DNA from: Paraphysomonas bandaiensis
Taxonomy: Eukaryota; Protista; Chrysophyceae
Direction: 5' to 3'
Assembly: GCA_965644295.1 (NCBI GenBank)
Contig: CBFFRP010000180.1
Span: forward strand, 1-64,000
DNA: 64,000 nt
Position numbers and translations under genes: made by a program. Position 1 is the stretch's first letter. Each line of letters starts with the position of its first letter. A model generated the notes under the pieces. That model saw only the letters and a list, made by a program, of their open reading frames with translations, was not told the DNA's origin and searched no databases. Positions 27,601 through 40,960 of this stretch are shown in pieces.

Positions 27601-27695
27601 TTGGCGTCGAAGGGTGGCATGGAATCCTTCCTCTTGTCCGATGAGTCGGAGTCGGAATTATCGTAACTGTTAGTCTTAGAACTCATCCGCTGCCA
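24640..27695 (-). mobile_element. Degenerate Ty1/copia element, truncated within RT
   Basis: gag (FDAKNFLKW, GDGKRAW), protease ILDSGCT, CDGC, integrase AVDFTGP/YHADGG/QERPWRT, RT FKARLVAQGFSQVEGIDY..HQVDF. Many frameshifts. Candidate PBS TGGCAGCGG immediately before the gag ATG. Confidence 0.93.
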
Positions 27696-28363
27696 AAATA
27701 AGATTTTAAGGTTAGTCTTGATATTTAGTAAGAATATACTTGATATTGTTAGAGATAAAGATTGAACGATAAGGCCTAATAGTATAATAGCAAGACACGT
27801 TTGAGAAGAGCGTTAGCACCACACATGTGCGTATCTTGTACAGTCGCGTATCATGTATTTCATTGTATACGTGTGTTGTATTCACGCGTTAAGAGATATA
27901 CGTGAATCAATAACTCCTAATACTCTGGAATGAATTGACAGTTGAGGTAGCTATGTTGGCAGCTAATGTAGTTTTGCAATTAATCGCAATAATTGAAATT
28001 GAGACAGCAAGTAATAATTGATATTATAATTGACTACAACCTGCGTCAATTAATTGATAATACAACGTGCTCAATCATAAAATTCCATGCCATTAACAGC
28101 AAAAGTGGCTACACTTTTCTAATTAGTGACTCTGTTTCAACCATGTTCGTTGAGTGATGGTCGATAATTACATCAAGATTTATAATAATAGCCTCGTTCG
28201 AGTTATATTAATATCAACATCACCGACAAAGGCATTATAACACTGACAAAGCGTCTAAAATAACCCTAAAATTCCAAGAATCTGCAATATATATAGTGCG
28301 GTACACTCCACAAAAACATAGTACACAAGAATATCATATAGTACCCACCGGGTAGTCAGATTA

Positions 28364-30022
28364 CTACATTGTCTTAGCCCCTCCGAAATTGATTTTCTTG
28401 TTTAGCTTTTCCTTAAATGTACCCAGATCAACCGGCTTACTGTCCGTGTCATCCCCATCAACAAATAATTCGTCTTCATCAAACTCAGGCAGGTCTACAT
28501 TTGTTGCCGCGGGCCACTGCATTGGAGAAGACGGGCCAGGAGTTGGAGATCGAGGCCCCTCGATTTGCCCACCGTGGTAACGGATATACTCCGCTATAAT
28601 GTCCACAGCCCGCTGCTCAATGGCTCCCATGTAGTCCAACACATTACTCTCAGTCACACCTTGACCTGTCAATATCGCCATTTTTGACTCATTACGGGAC
28701 ATCGAGGAGCCGCTCTTAGATCCCTTGACTATTGCGGTTGAACCTTTTGCAGTGTCCATCTGGTCACACTGCAGCTTGAAGAATAAACTCTGAACTTTCT
28801 TGGCGATTTGCTGGACGCTATCGTAGTTTTTGCGGTTCTCTTCTTCGCAGGCTTTGGTGGCATCAAGGGTACTTTGCAAACGAGCTTGCAGGCCGTCAAG
28901 AACTTTTTTCCGCTGGTGCTCCTGATCTAATTGGTGTTCTTCATATCTACAGACATAAGCAGTGCGTGAGGCAAAGTACCAACGAAGGCTAGAGACAAAT
29001 TGCAAAACGTACACCACATCTACTTGTTCGGCGTTGAAACAAATAAAGCATGAAATTCACCTCTTAATCTCTTCTTCTAACTTATTTTTGTGTTCTAGGG
29101 CAAGCTCAATCTCAGTATTCTGGCTTTGAATGTAATTATACAATGAGAACATTTCTTCCTCTTGGGCAGTATAAGTGGATATGATCTCGTCCAAGCTCTC
29201 CGTTTGAGTAATGCGCTTAAGTTCGGTGAACATTTTCTCATAGTTGTAAATAGTACGTTGGATACTAGCCAATGAATTCTGCTCACTGGCAACAAAACTC
29301 GTTAACTGACCAACCCTGCCAGCCATTTCGTCCTCTTCTTCCACAGACAAATCCCCATTTTGGAACTCGAAGTCATCAATGATGTCAGTAGTTCTCTCTT
29401 TTAGAAGTGTCTCTTCTAGGCTGGCATTTTGATCCTTAATGTAATGACCCATCTTTTCGAATTCTTCTTCAAACTTCTTCTGCTCTTCAGCATTAGCTTT
29501 TTCCAGGGCTTCTTTCATTTCGATGACTCTTTCTCGTGCTTCCATAACTCCCGTGCACTCTGACATGAGTTTTTGAATCTTTTCCTTCAACGTGGACAGC
29601 TCAGTATCATAGTGCTTGTGAGCAATATCAGTTTGAATTCTAAGTCGTCGCATGTGATCAATGTCCTTCTTCTTCTGACGATTCCTATTCTGTTCATCAC
29701 TCTTGCGCTGCAGGAGTTTGTTCAGCTTCGCCTCAAGGATATGCAGCATCTTGCTAGTGACCATATTCGCCTGTTTCTGAATATCGCATCCATCAGCCTT
29801 CTGATAGGCGGGGTTTGGAGTTAAGATATTTAAATTCATCACATCGATGGCGGTTTTCTTCGCCTTAACGCGGTAGTTCTCGATCTCTCTCACGATGTGA
29901 TTGTACGCTTCTTCGAGATCAGCTAAACGCTTGCGTTCAATGATAGTTAGGCGGGTGAAGTAATCGCCCTTCTCTTGCAGTTGCTCCAGCACCTCACTGG
30001 TAGATTTTTCCCCCACTGACAT
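28364..30022 (-). CDS. ODA1: Outer dynein arm docking complex subunit (ODA1/DCC2, CCDC114/CCDC63 family)
   Basis: Coiled coil with EEEMFSLYNYI, LFFKLQCD and GVTESNVLDYMGAIEQR motifs. The intron at 28947-29060 joins in frame (IKR|YEE). Confidence 0.8.
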
Positions 30023-30663
30023 GTTTGTTGAACTCTCGTGTCGGCAGTCTGCAGACGGGTGTGTGTATATCGTAGGCTGCAAACACTTATACAAAAGCAG
30101 TCCAGTCGTGTGATGTGTGCCGATACTGTCGCTTTGATGAGGTTATGTGTGTGTTGCGAGGGTTGGCTATGGCGCATCTAGAGGAGCATGTTGAGGCATG
30201 CTTCTCTATGCCGTATACACACACACACACACACCATGAGCATGTAACGCCTCCTCCTGCCGCTCTGACCAGATTCTATAAACTGAAAACACCTATTCAA
30301 GATTTCGCGAAGTGGGGAAATTGGAAATCTGCTGACATCACGAAAACACCCCTATCTCTAATATCCGGAAAATTTCGCTTTTCTGTACCCTTAAAATTTC
30401 CACCTTTCCTGTCTGTGCTACAGAAAATAAGGGATTTAGTCAGTTGAAGCTAAAAATTAGGGGTGATGACGTAGAAACTCTACACAAGAAAATTTGACAA
30501 ATTTGTTGATGGATTCTCTGAAGGCGCCCAGGTGCAGCTGGAGGTCCAGGTACAGCTACAGCTACAGTCCGGTAAGCTCCCCATCGCTCCACTTGTTGGT
30601 GGGAGACATTGTCGACTAGTCAATTAGCCTCAGTGATCCGGTAGCATTGCGTGTGTGTTCCTC

Positions 30664-33354
30664 ATGGAGCGAGAAATATCTGAAGGCGAATATGGAAATT
30701 TTACCAATTGGTCGACTGGTTTATCGACTGGCGTTAGAAGAGACACTCAGCAGAGTAGCTCTCGGTCTCGAGCTGCTGGAATATTCCGCAATCTCCGCAG
30801 TGAAGACCACAGCTACTCCACCTCTCAGTTCGCAGATATGAACTCGTATCGACACGATGATACCAGAGACCACGTACAGGGCATGCACTCGGACAGATCT
30901 CGAGATTTTCTCTCTCCTGGTTCATCTTTTGACTCCAGTCAACCGTCCGAGTTTTCTACAGAAAGCTGGACACCTGATTTATCGCATAAAGATGAGTGGG
31001 ATGAGAGAGGCCACACTTCGAATGGAATGGAAATTGGTTTCTCACCGATGTCTAGTGGTGACACCACTCGAAGTGCTAGTAGCATGTCGACTCTTCACGA
31101 CCTTTCATCCTCTTCCTCGTTCGACTATTCTCCCCGCTATTCGAAATCACTAAGCCTAAATAATCATTTAGATGATCATGTCTCCCATCTGCAAGGGCAT
31201 GCCAGTGACCACAGGGCTGACAATTATCTGGATAATTCTCGTTTAGAGGACGAATTATTTCATCGAAATACCATCCCCGTTCACTCCAAACAGCATCATG
31301 GAGTAGGTAGAGTACATACCCAACACCACCTCAGTGCGGACCGTCAACGATGGGATGAGTATAGCTCCGGGTTGATGGACTCGGACGAGTACTCTAGATA
31401 TTGTCCCGCCGTGGTGCATGAGAACAGTCACCGTCACTCCCAGACTCGTCGTGCCCCACCTGTTCATATTCAACAAGTACATCATAGGACCAGTGGGTTA
31501 AGTGCATCAGCCAGAGGTTATATGCCTTCTCATTCTCCACAGGTTGATCCGAGATACTATAGAACTACAAATCAGCCGCGAATGAGGAGTCACGCATCAT
31601 CTGGAGTTGACACACAACGGTTTATCGTACAGCAGCAACAACAACAGGCCAGGTCCACATATCACCAAAATGCTTATGAGTTAACCTCCTATGGCCGGCC
31701 GCATACACGACCTTCATCCTCGCAGTTCAGGACGTTACGTTCCGTTACAGGTCCACCAGCAACGCAGCAGTCGCCACCAGCTTTTTCTCGTTCCCTAGGA
31801 CCGAGCACCTCTCGTGTACTACCGAGCGATACTTCTAGAGATTTCGAACTCGAGCATTCCATTTGTCATCATGCACAAGCGATTCTTGCAGAAACCTCTA
31901 CTCACAGTTTGAAGTCTGTAGAACTTGCGAATTCCCTACGGGACAGAATTGGAAAGGATGCACTAGTTCGTGCGAAGGCTTTGTACGGCGGGTTGTTGGT
32001 CTTGCTGGAGCTGTATGGAGACACGTTTGCTGTACGTCGAATACCAAAGAATGACCAGGTTGACTTACTGGTTGCACCCTCTCCTCCTTTACCTCCACAA
32101 AGTCCTATAATATCTCCTAGAGCACTGACTGGGTCTCCTAATCGCGCCACACCGCATCATGCTCCGAACCCCATTATTTCACACCAAGCACCACAACCCC
32201 CAAATCCCCGCATCGAGTCAAGATGTTTGCGTATGTCTGACATCCCAGAAGACGTCTCTTACAGCCAGCTCTATACTGATTTTGGTGGTGAGGACGTTGT
32301 GGAGAAGGTTTCGATCGACTATCAGGGCTCAAAGAGAACAGGTCTGGTATGGTTCAAGTCAGCTAATGGAGCGAGAGCTGCATTACAGAGTCCTATGCTT
32401 GCCAAGTGGAAGGATGTACTTTCTCTGGCTCCAGAGGGGTGTGTGCCTCCTCTTCCAGTTGTTCGCGACATACAGGATACAAGACATCCGTCGGCGACTA
32501 GTGTGTCTACCACTATTCAAAACGCTATGATGGGATCAGTTCAAGGCCCACGAAATAACAACCATGAGACGAATTCTCGTTCGGAAATTGATGTACCTTC
32601 TACTGTTCCTGGTATAACACAGCTAGTGGAAAGTGAAAATACACAACGTGATGTTTCGCCTCCTCCAGGTTTGACTCAAGACACTTCGTCACCTAAAGGT
32701 GATGATTGTGCCAGCGTCGACGACCCCATTGTTCCCTCTCTATCTTCGTTGAAGCTACGTGATGAATCGGGAGTGGCCAGTGATGTGGAAAGTGCACAAT
32801 CGGGGTCCCAGTTGTCTTCCCGTGGTACCTTTAGGCGGGCTGCGCCAGCACCTATAATTACTGCAGTGCAGGATGGGGGATGCAAGGAGAGTGAGCCCAG
32901 TCCTTCCGGTTACGTGTCGAGCCCTCTATCGACACCGGGTGGTACACCGCACTTAGCTTTTACATTCTTTGACGATTCATCCGCTGAGGGTTTTACAACT
33001 CTTCCCAGAGAGACACTTCCTCAGGCTGCACATGATGTGATGATTACTCTCTGTGACCAACTATATGTCCCTCAGAGGTTCTGGGAAAAGAACGAAATCG
33101 GGGATTACCTATTTTGCCAGGCGATAATTGAGATACTGAATACTCATTTTGGAGGCAATCCAGCTCTTATCTCAAAATTAAAGCAGCAGTTGCGACGCAA
33201 GTTTGGTGGGAATATTCGCACTGTCCCTTTAAAGGCACTTGTACAAGCCTACCCGAACTATTTTGAGGTGGACTGCAATGTGAGCACTGTTAGACCTTTG
33301 ATTTCTCAGTTACCGTATATGAACATATCAGTGGTGACTGATATTGACGGTTAA
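30664..33354 (+). CDS. Intronless RNA-binding protein: disordered N-terminus, LOTUS/OST-HTH-like domain, RRM, second winged-helix-like domain
   Basis: ORF of about 896 aa from the ATG at 30664. ELANSLRDRIG..YGGLLVLLELYGDTF and PLKALVQAYPNYFEV are LOTUS-like; CLRMSDIP..TGLVWFKS..ARAAL is RRM-like. Confidence 0.7.
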   Translation: MEREISEGEYGNFTNWSTGLSTGVRRDTQQSSSRSRAAGIFRNLRSEDHSYSTSQFADMNSYRHDDTRDHVQGMHSDRSRDFLSPGSSFDSSQPSEFSTESWTPDLSHKDEWDERGHTSNGMEIGFSPMSSGDTTRSASSMSTLHDLSSSSSFDYSPRYSKSLSLNNHLDDHVSHLQGHASDHRADNYLDNSRLEDELFHRNTIPVHSKQHHGVGRVHTQHHLSADRQRWDEYSSGLMDSDEYSRYCPAVVHENSHRHSQTRRAPPVHIQQVHHRTSGLSASARGYMPSHSPQVDPRYYRTTNQPRMRSHASSGVDTQRFIVQQQQQQARSTYHQNAYELTSYGRPHTRPSSSQFRTLRSVTGPPATQQSPPAFSRSLGPSTSRVLPSDTSRDFELEHSICHHAQAILAETSTHSLKSVELANSLRDRIGKDALVRAKALYGGLLVLLELYGDTFAVRRIPKNDQVDLLVAPSPPLPPQSPIISPRALTGSPNRATPHHAPNPIISHQAPQPPNPRIESRCLRMSDIPEDVSYSQLYTDFGGEDVVEKVSIDYQGSKRTGLVWFKSANGARAALQSPMLAKWKDVLSLAPEGCVPPLPVVRDIQDTRHPSATSVSTTIQNAMMGSVQGPRNNNHETNSRSEIDVPSTVPGITQLVESENTQRDVSPPPGLTQDTSSPKGDDCASVDDPIVPSLSSLKLRDESGVASDVESAQSGSQLSSRGTFRRAAPAPIITAVQDGGCKESEPSPSGYVSSPLSTPGGTPHLAFTFFDDSSAEGFTTLPRETLPQAAHDVMITLCDQLYVPQRFWEKNEIGDYLFCQAIIEILNTHFGGNPALISKLKQQLRRKFGGNIRTVPLKALVQAYPNYFEVDCNVSTVRPLISQLPYMNISVVTDIDG

Positions 33355-34189
33355 GTGACAATCTTAATCTCGTTGATGCTTTTAAAGCATATGTACTGTT
33401 TTTTGTATGCGCATACGTGCGGCTATCCAAGCTAATCTTTGTCGTTGTTCCATCTATCTACAAATTGAAATATACTATCATCGAACGTATTCTCCAATGC
33501 CTCTTGCCGATCAATTGGTGTTGTTTCTTGTCTGCTGGGCGCGCGGACAGATGCTTTTGTCTGTTGTGCTCGCTGCCTCATGTACCGTATCTTTTCTGCA
33601 GACTTCATTAGTTTGCAATCAGTGCAGTTGTATATGCGGTTCTGCATTGCTTCTCTGTACGAGAGACTGCAGAGTGGTTGTACATTATTCTGTACTATGT
33701 TTTGTTTATTGATTAGGCAATAGATTGTTACCTTAACACGGAGAAAGCTTCTAGCTGCTAGTAGCTCGGATGTGTTGGTACCGTATTGTTTTTTTTCCTT
33801 CGGCTGTTTTGATGCTGAAGAGTTGTTCACTTACTTCTAGAATCAGTTTCTATTTAGTTCGTTCTTGGTTGGTTGGATGTCATACATGTTGCGCTTCCAT
33901 GCTGTAACAGGTAAGTCGTGGCTGTCCGAGTGCGTATGTAGAATGAAGAAACACTGAAACATTTCGTGGCGTCGTCATCACGTTCACAATACGTTTGCAG
34001 TATTCTTGTGCCTTATACATGAGAGTCTTGTTGAATATAGTAGTATACTAGAATTACCTCGGTGGTGATGCCTTATGAATTATTTTGTTGCATTTTTTGC
34101 ATTATGCATAGAGAAATAAACTTGCAGTGCAAATTCGCGTTTTAAAAAGAAATAATATGTTAGTCTATTTCATATTGACTTGTTGATTT

Positions 34190-35260
34190 GTGAGATTTCA
34201 TCTTGTTGGGCACAGATACACACAATGATAAATCACATATATTGTTGAGTTCTGCAGTACAATGTGATAAATATTGTGCAATTGAAGTGAGTTAAGTGTG
34301 CAATAGGTGAAGTCAGCTCAAATAGGATATAGGTGTAACGGGTGATTATAATACTTACAAAGGAATTAAATTCAGTTACTGATGTGTGACTATATAAGGT
34401 ATAGGATTGGTGAACATATGTATGTAGTGAAGTGTTGAGATTAATAATTATAAATTCTTACTTGAAAGTGCACTGTGTTCACCAAAGCAAGGCTAAGGTT
34501 TACGTTTAGAGCAAAGTTAACTTCAGTGAAATGTCCAATTCTAACATAATGGTAGCGAGTGGTAGCTCTGATGAGGCGAAGGAGGACAGCAAGGTGCTGA
34601 AGTTTGACAAGTATCAGGCTTGTTGTGCTTTGCTGTTTGAGCAATTCAAAGCTGTAATTAGGTCTCATGGTTTGAAGATTCAATGTACAGCTTTGAATTG
34701 AGAGGGAGTGTTGATTTTTGCTGTTTGTGCAATTATTAGCTGTAATTCTAAGGTATTGGAATTATGACCGCTTGTCGAAGAATACAATAGTGATTAACAG
34801 TAGTATTATGAGAACTAACAACATGATAGCTACTGTATTAATGAAACTTAATATAATATATATTGATCATAAAAGGTAGGGACGATGTAAAATCGTACGA
34901 GAAATTATTGGTCGTAGAGAAAACATGAAATTGATGAATGAGAAGAAATATTGATTATAATAATTATGACAAGACTAATGAGTGAATACACTATCATCCA
35001 ATTGTGTCATAACTTGACAAGGCTGAGGTATCAGCTCAGAAGATCAAAATTGATCTGATGGAGAAGATTCGAATTCACCTGGGGCTAGAGCCGACACCTG
35101 CTGGAGGAGGCAGAGCAAGAGAATGTGACATGAGCGAAACGAGACTTGTGTTGCAACGATTTGGGAGGCATGTGAATATGACGCAGATGTATTGATATTG
35201 CCAACCAATACATGGAAGCGACTACCAGACGATAACCCCAATAAGGAAGTTTTGTCCAAT
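34190..35260 (+). mobile_element. Decayed 5' UTR and gag remnant of the same copia family as 1-7549
   Basis: 34531 reads MSNSNIMVASGSSDEAKEDSKVLKFDKYQA, and 35031 onward reads SAQKIKIDLMEKIRIHLGLE..ERNETCVATIWEACEYD..ANQY. Both match the gag N-terminus starting at 7199. Frameshifted. Confidence 0.85.
34621..35019. mobile_element. Solo LTR (399 bp) with a 5-bp TSD
   Basis: Begins TGT, ends ACA, flanked by AGGCT at 34616-34620 and 35020-35024; splits the gag remnant. Confidence 0.85.
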
Positions 35261-36189
35261 CAGATGTGTAAACGTTTCTCTCTCTGTTGTCAGTATGTAA
35301 CACTTTCACACCACTGAGTGGAGTTCGATTGATTGATCTATTACATCTTGTACTTTCCTTTCTATCATACTGCTGTCTTTCTATCTCCAATTAGACCCTC
35401 GGAAGATACACTCCTGCTGATACCCTGCTGATACTAATTAGTTAATTGAGAGTGTGTAGTATTCTAAGTTGAGTTACCACTATAGTTCAAGTCAAATTAG
35501 CGGATGGTAGTTCAGACTTATAGAAGTCGCTACGTAGGTTTGGCCAGTGTGCAGTAATGCCTATAGTAAACAGATATATATGACTTTTTGGTATCTTAAC
35601 TTTGGTTTGTAGACGATTCTGTACTAGTGGTCATGTTTTACGTTTTCCTGCTAAAGGTTTACAACGTTCATGCTTTGTTAGCTTATGAATAAATAAAGCA
35701 GTAGTAGCTGACAGCTACCAAGCTGAGGGACTTCTCTACTATCAAGAACACTACATGTACATATTCTGTAGATATCTTTTTCCATCTCTGCGGTACACAG
35801 CCATTGACACGGGAGGGGGGTCTGTGTGTCATTATTTGCCTTCTTACATCTGACATGGCAGGGGAGTAAAACTATACTAACACATAGATCTGTAAGCTAG
35901 TTTTCAGTGGGCTTATCTATAATTCTGCATCGACCATCTTTGAGTCAATCCAATTGCAGGTCGTGCTCGTAATTCGAACTTTGGATTCAGGCCTCATATT
36001 GTCGGGAAGATGCCATCCTGAATCTACATGCATTTACGTACGCATATATTTCCTTGCATGTTCGTCTGACACTCTTCATTCGTGTGCTTCGTGTCTGTCA
36101 AGGTATGCTGATGTCCTCATGGGACATAAATAATGTTAGTATTGATTGAAGGATACATATAAGCCATACACATGACCATGTGCTCCACA

Positions 36190-36246
36190 CCCATCCATCC
36201 AATTATCCATCCATCCATCCATCCATTCATTCATTCATTCATTCAT
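36190..36246. repeat. (CCAT)n/(CATT)n microsatellite
   Basis: Directly visible. Confidence 0.9.
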
Positions 36247-37623
36247 GGTCATCTACACGGCGAGCTTCGTTGCATTTTGTTTGATGTTTAATGAAGAATG
36301 TACAGCAGCAGCAGCAGCAAGTGGTGGCAGCCCCCGATATTCCTACCACACAAGTCCAGAAAAATGAATTCTGTTTTTTTGTATGGGAGTGTGTGTAGGA
36401 GGGGGTTGAAGTGGAGATATTCTGGTCTGCAGAATTCAGCGTTTATGTAGGTGATTCAGTGTTAATGTAGGTCCCTCTTAGCGACCATATCGAGCGTATG
36501 GCTGCATAAAAGTACTTATATATATTATATTCTTGTAGAGGACTCTTATTACTACGATGTGCCTTACTGACAATATCTACCGTGGGTAATCAGGTCAGTA
36601 TTCCCAGTGAATAAGCGAACGTCATGAAATAACAAATATGTTCCAGTGGCCACCATAAGGCGCGATGACAACTTCTAAGGACTCTTTAAGTCTCGATATT
36701 AGGCAGTCTAATATCCCCTACCTCTCATTGGGTGGCTTCATACTCCACTACGTTTGCCACAAAGGTGTCTGGTATTACACTTACCAGGGTCAGTCAGAGC
36801 AGTGTAAATTGATTGATGATAATTAGAATTGTTGTAGTTTCATAGAGATATGCACAAACAGGTGATGGGGGAGTGCTTAATGCCTGTCAGTTGTTGTTTT
36901 TGCGATCCGAGCCAGGAAATGCATTGACTGTGGCCACTGCCTTCGAATTGATTGGCAATCGAAGCAAGCCTTTGTAGTGCTACAGTTGAGAGACGTGTTG
37001 ATGCGTATGCCGAACGGCAATGTCAGTGATGCCGTCAAATTATTTTTTAATGTTTGCATGTGTTGAAACGTTAAATATCGGGATGTACCAAAACCTTCAT
37101 AAGATCAATTAGAAGCATATCGAGAGGACAAAACAAGAGTTATTATTGATAGTGATCCAAGTCAAGAACTATCCAGTATCAAGAATTATAGTCCAAAGCT
37201 TCATGGAATGTACAACTTGTGAAAGGTTTAAACTTGGCACAAAGGTGTACATGAATTTCTAAATGAGAAAGCAAATAAATTAACTTCGATTAGTTTGGAT
37301 ATATATATTTTTAGTAAGCCAATCTTGCCTATGATTATTATTTCCGTAATTAATTGTTTGAATCATCGCTTGGGGGTGTTGAAGTGCTGTCCGAGATAGT
37401 TTCCGGTAGATTTAATATTTATAGATTTTGTAGTGCGTATGTATTGTGTTATATCCACACATTAAACTACAACCAACTCCATAATGGGGTAATAATATAA
37501 TAAAAGCATACAGGGGTACTGAGGGGAGGTTGTAAGGCACTGAGGTAGCATACATGGGTGCCTTGGCTAGTGGCTATACCTAGGCAGTACGCAGAATTAG
37601 GAGAGAGGAGTGCATAATATTCA

Positions 37624-37627
<4 letters not shown>

Positions 37628-37661
<34 letters not shown>
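37628..37661. repeat. (TA)n microsatellite
   Basis: Directly visible. Confidence 0.95.
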
Positions 37662-37665
<4 letters not shown>

Positions 37666-38875
37666 CAAGATTATGAAAGCATTATAGACATAGCATAGAG
37701 TGTACTTTGATGCTTTGGTTTCCTCTGGGGGTGATATGGGGCCTGATGGGGTGGTGCATGTAAGTGCTTGTGATTGGGGTATAATGTATAATTAGTAGTT
37801 GGTGTGATAAGAGTTTCCATACGTGTCAACATGTGTATAAAGCCAAAATATAGCTAAACATACAATGTTCATATTGTATACAATGTACTTGTCATGTTTA
37901 TCATCATCTGGAGGTCACCTAACAGCCTCTGGTGGTTGACATATAGAGGAGAACTATATCCGTATTGGAATAGTAAATTACAAGCTTATTATTATTATTT
38001 CTTGGGTTATCTGCTGTCAACGTATATGTACTTATGATTTATTAGCTTTTACGGTGTCTATGAAGGTGCACTCGGCTCAAGGGCTCACTGTGATGAATAC
38101 TGGTGATATGCATATTAAGGGTGTGAGCGTGTGTCAATGTGTTTCAACTCTGTACATATTTTCATACTCTCACTATAGAAAAGATAAAATTTATACGCTC
38201 TATGAGTATAAATATATATAGACTCCGTATATTTAAGTCAACTTTTGGTCTTCTACTGCTCTTCTTCTTCATACATACCAGATCGACTGCTTGCTCAATC
38301 GACTGCTTAATAACGACTGGAATGACCCACTTAATGATGCCACGAATAAACCTCGTCTTATCTTTCCTTTCAAGGGTTGTGAGATTGCTGTCTTATGTCG
38401 ATATTGTCTTGTATTTGTTGCTATCTTTTAATGTGTCTATCTTGTCTTTTATCTCTTCCACTCCATTATTGGGGTAAACCGTATGCAATAAATTACCTTT
38501 TTTACATCTACCCTTTTCTTAATAGAATGCTGTATTTTTAGGGTAAAAATAGTAAAAATAGTAAAAATGGGAGAAAAAAATAAATTGCCGCCATCCTTTA
38601 ACTGAGGGTGTGGGGAATAGTGAGTGGTGATGATGAGTGAGAACTTTTCTCGTTTTTCTGGACTTGTCTGGTAGGAGATATGGACATCATCAGTCCAATA
38701 GTTTGTATAGTGGTATACAGTGGTATACAGTGGTAAAGTATGCTGGAGTGTCGTGCGAGTGTACCTCTGCTCTCTCCCAGTATGTGTATGTATGTACCAG
38801 CTGTGCCGTGCTGTGGTACGGTCCGTGAGCAGTGCGTGCAGTGGAAGCAAGTATCCATTGCTCCAGTAGTAGCCC

Positions 38876-39873
38876 ATGCCTGGCTTAATCTCTCGTCGTC
38901 TTGCAATAGAAAAGAAACCACAGCCAGAGGATATCGAGGGGGCGTGGATAGGCCACAGTCGTGCAGTATCTCGAGCTTTCCTCGCCCTGTCAGTGCTCAT
39001 ATATGAAGGTACCTGCAGATGTGTTGCTGTGTATGTCCATCGCCTCTGATACTCTCATATATATAAGGAGAGATGTACTTACATCGCTCAGTGGTGTCTT
39101 CTCTGCACCGCGAGCAGGTGCAGCGCTCAACTCATCTCGCGAGAGACGCACAGGCGTATGTATCTCAGTGCGCAGAGCACATGAAGGAGTACAGCGAGTA
39201 CATCAATCACACCATAGCGATAGAGGGTGTTCGTGTGGACCGATATGGCGGGTATTTTATGTAATCAGCTGCATGGGGTTTTGTTTGTGACGTTTGTTTC
39301 TATGTTTGTAGCAGAGTGCAGAACGTATTGAGTGCGCTGGAGACTATTGGAGGGACCAGAGTGGCCTGTTCTCTGCAGCACTGTTTATCTGCTTTTGCTG
39401 AGGCATTGATTTGTTCAATTAGTGGCCAGGAAACAGTGAATAGCATGGTGTCCTCCCATCGTCCTCTTTGGGTGTGGCTTGCTGTGGAAGAAACAGAGCG
39501 AAGAAGTGTACCTCACCGCATAAGACGAGCCCTCGGCAGCTATGCATGGTACCTTCCTCGAGTTTTTATGGATTTGATTATTGCCATGGTGCTGATATTT
39601 GCATTGGCATGGGTGAACTTGTTACTTGTGGACGGACACTTGGATTTGGTGGACAGTTGTAGGGCCGCTTGGTTTTTGTTCATACAACCTGGAATAGCGC
39701 GCGAGGTTACACGAATCTGGATACGGTGTTTACGACCAGGTTTTGACCCAGAGGGCAGCATAATGCATCGTGACCGTACCAAGAGGGCTGTTAAATGGTG
39801 GACACAGGAGTTGCAGCTACCTCTTGGACCGCATCTTGTGTGCCGCAAAAGGATGAGGAAGGTCATATTATAA
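38876..39873 (+). CDS. Putative spliced gene, unknown membrane protein
   Basis: 185-aa terminal ORF with a hydrophobic segment (LIIAMVLIFALAWVNLLLV). Plausible upstream exons from the ATG at 38876; exon structure uncertain. Confidence 0.4.
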
Positions 39874-40803
39874 GCCTATCCGCCATATTTTATACAGTGC
39901 AATTAAATATTAGACTTGTATTATACAATATTTTAAGCCAAAAAGACACATATGCAGTTTCTTGCAAACATTAGATTTAGACCCCACATCAGGAGACGTT
40001 ACGTAATCGTCTTCGTTGTACCAGTTGAATTTTCAGAAGTGTATATAACATGTAACCAATACCCAATACGTTTTACCGCACATATGCATAAATTCTATGC
40101 GGAGTAACTTAACTGGAACTGATTTGTGTGTTCCAGTCGCTCTGGAATTTTTACATTGAGAGATGCCATCGTATATCTATATGTAGCATTAAGAAGATAT
40201 ATTTACTCGTTACATAGTACATGTTAAGTTATATTATTGGCAATTTGATATGATCAGAAGAATTTCCGCCTCTGCACTTTAGGTGGTATATCTCATTTTG
40301 TCGATTAGACCTGTAACATTTCTGCATGAGCTAGTCATAGCAGGAAGCGGTTTCATGTTGTAAACAAGTAAACCACAACCTGGATGTATTATTTAATTCA
40401 GTCAAATGGGTAGACAGCTTAAAGGTCAGTCAGGAGGGGCAAAGTGCACACACAGTTTATGGGACGTCCGGCTGCCTTGATTTCATCCAGCATAAATGGA
40501 ACATCCAATGATGAAAATATGACCAGATTGCATACTATTATGTGCCATTCCATATATATGCGAACGGCAACGATTAGAAAAATAGATTCCATTAGCTCCC
40601 ACACATACATAAACTCTGTTTTCTGGATTTTGTCAACCAATAAAGAATTCAGAGTCTCGCAAAAACTCTATATATATGAAGCTGCATCAAAAATATCAGA
40701 AGTATGAAAAATAATTTACACGCTTCAAAAAATTGAGGTTATAATTTTCATACTTCTACTGACTTTAATTTTGATTCGACAAGTAAGTCAGAGAAAAATG
40801 TGA

Positions 40804-40960
40804 CAGAGAAGATTTGGATATTTTCAGAGCAAATATAAAATAAAGCCAAAGGCTGAAATACAAGGCTCTATAAAACTTAGCAAATTTTGCTTTCGGAAGA
40901 TAAAAAAGCCTCGTATTTCAGTTTTATATTTTGCTCTGGAACAATCCAAGCCCTTATCTG
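40804..40960. repeat. Imperfect inverted repeat (MITE/foldback relic)
   Basis: CAGAGCAAATATAAAA..CTGAAATACAAGGCT pairs with AGCCTCGTATTTCAG..TTTTATATTTTGCTCTG. Confidence 0.65.

Noticed and set aside
27698-27940. 5' LTR of the second copia
   Set aside because: Plausible by position, but there is no second LTR or TSD to confirm it and the PBS-proximal end is not CA.
35300-38500. Short ORFs and possible decayed elements
   Set aside because: No recognisable motifs, termini or splice-consistent gene model.
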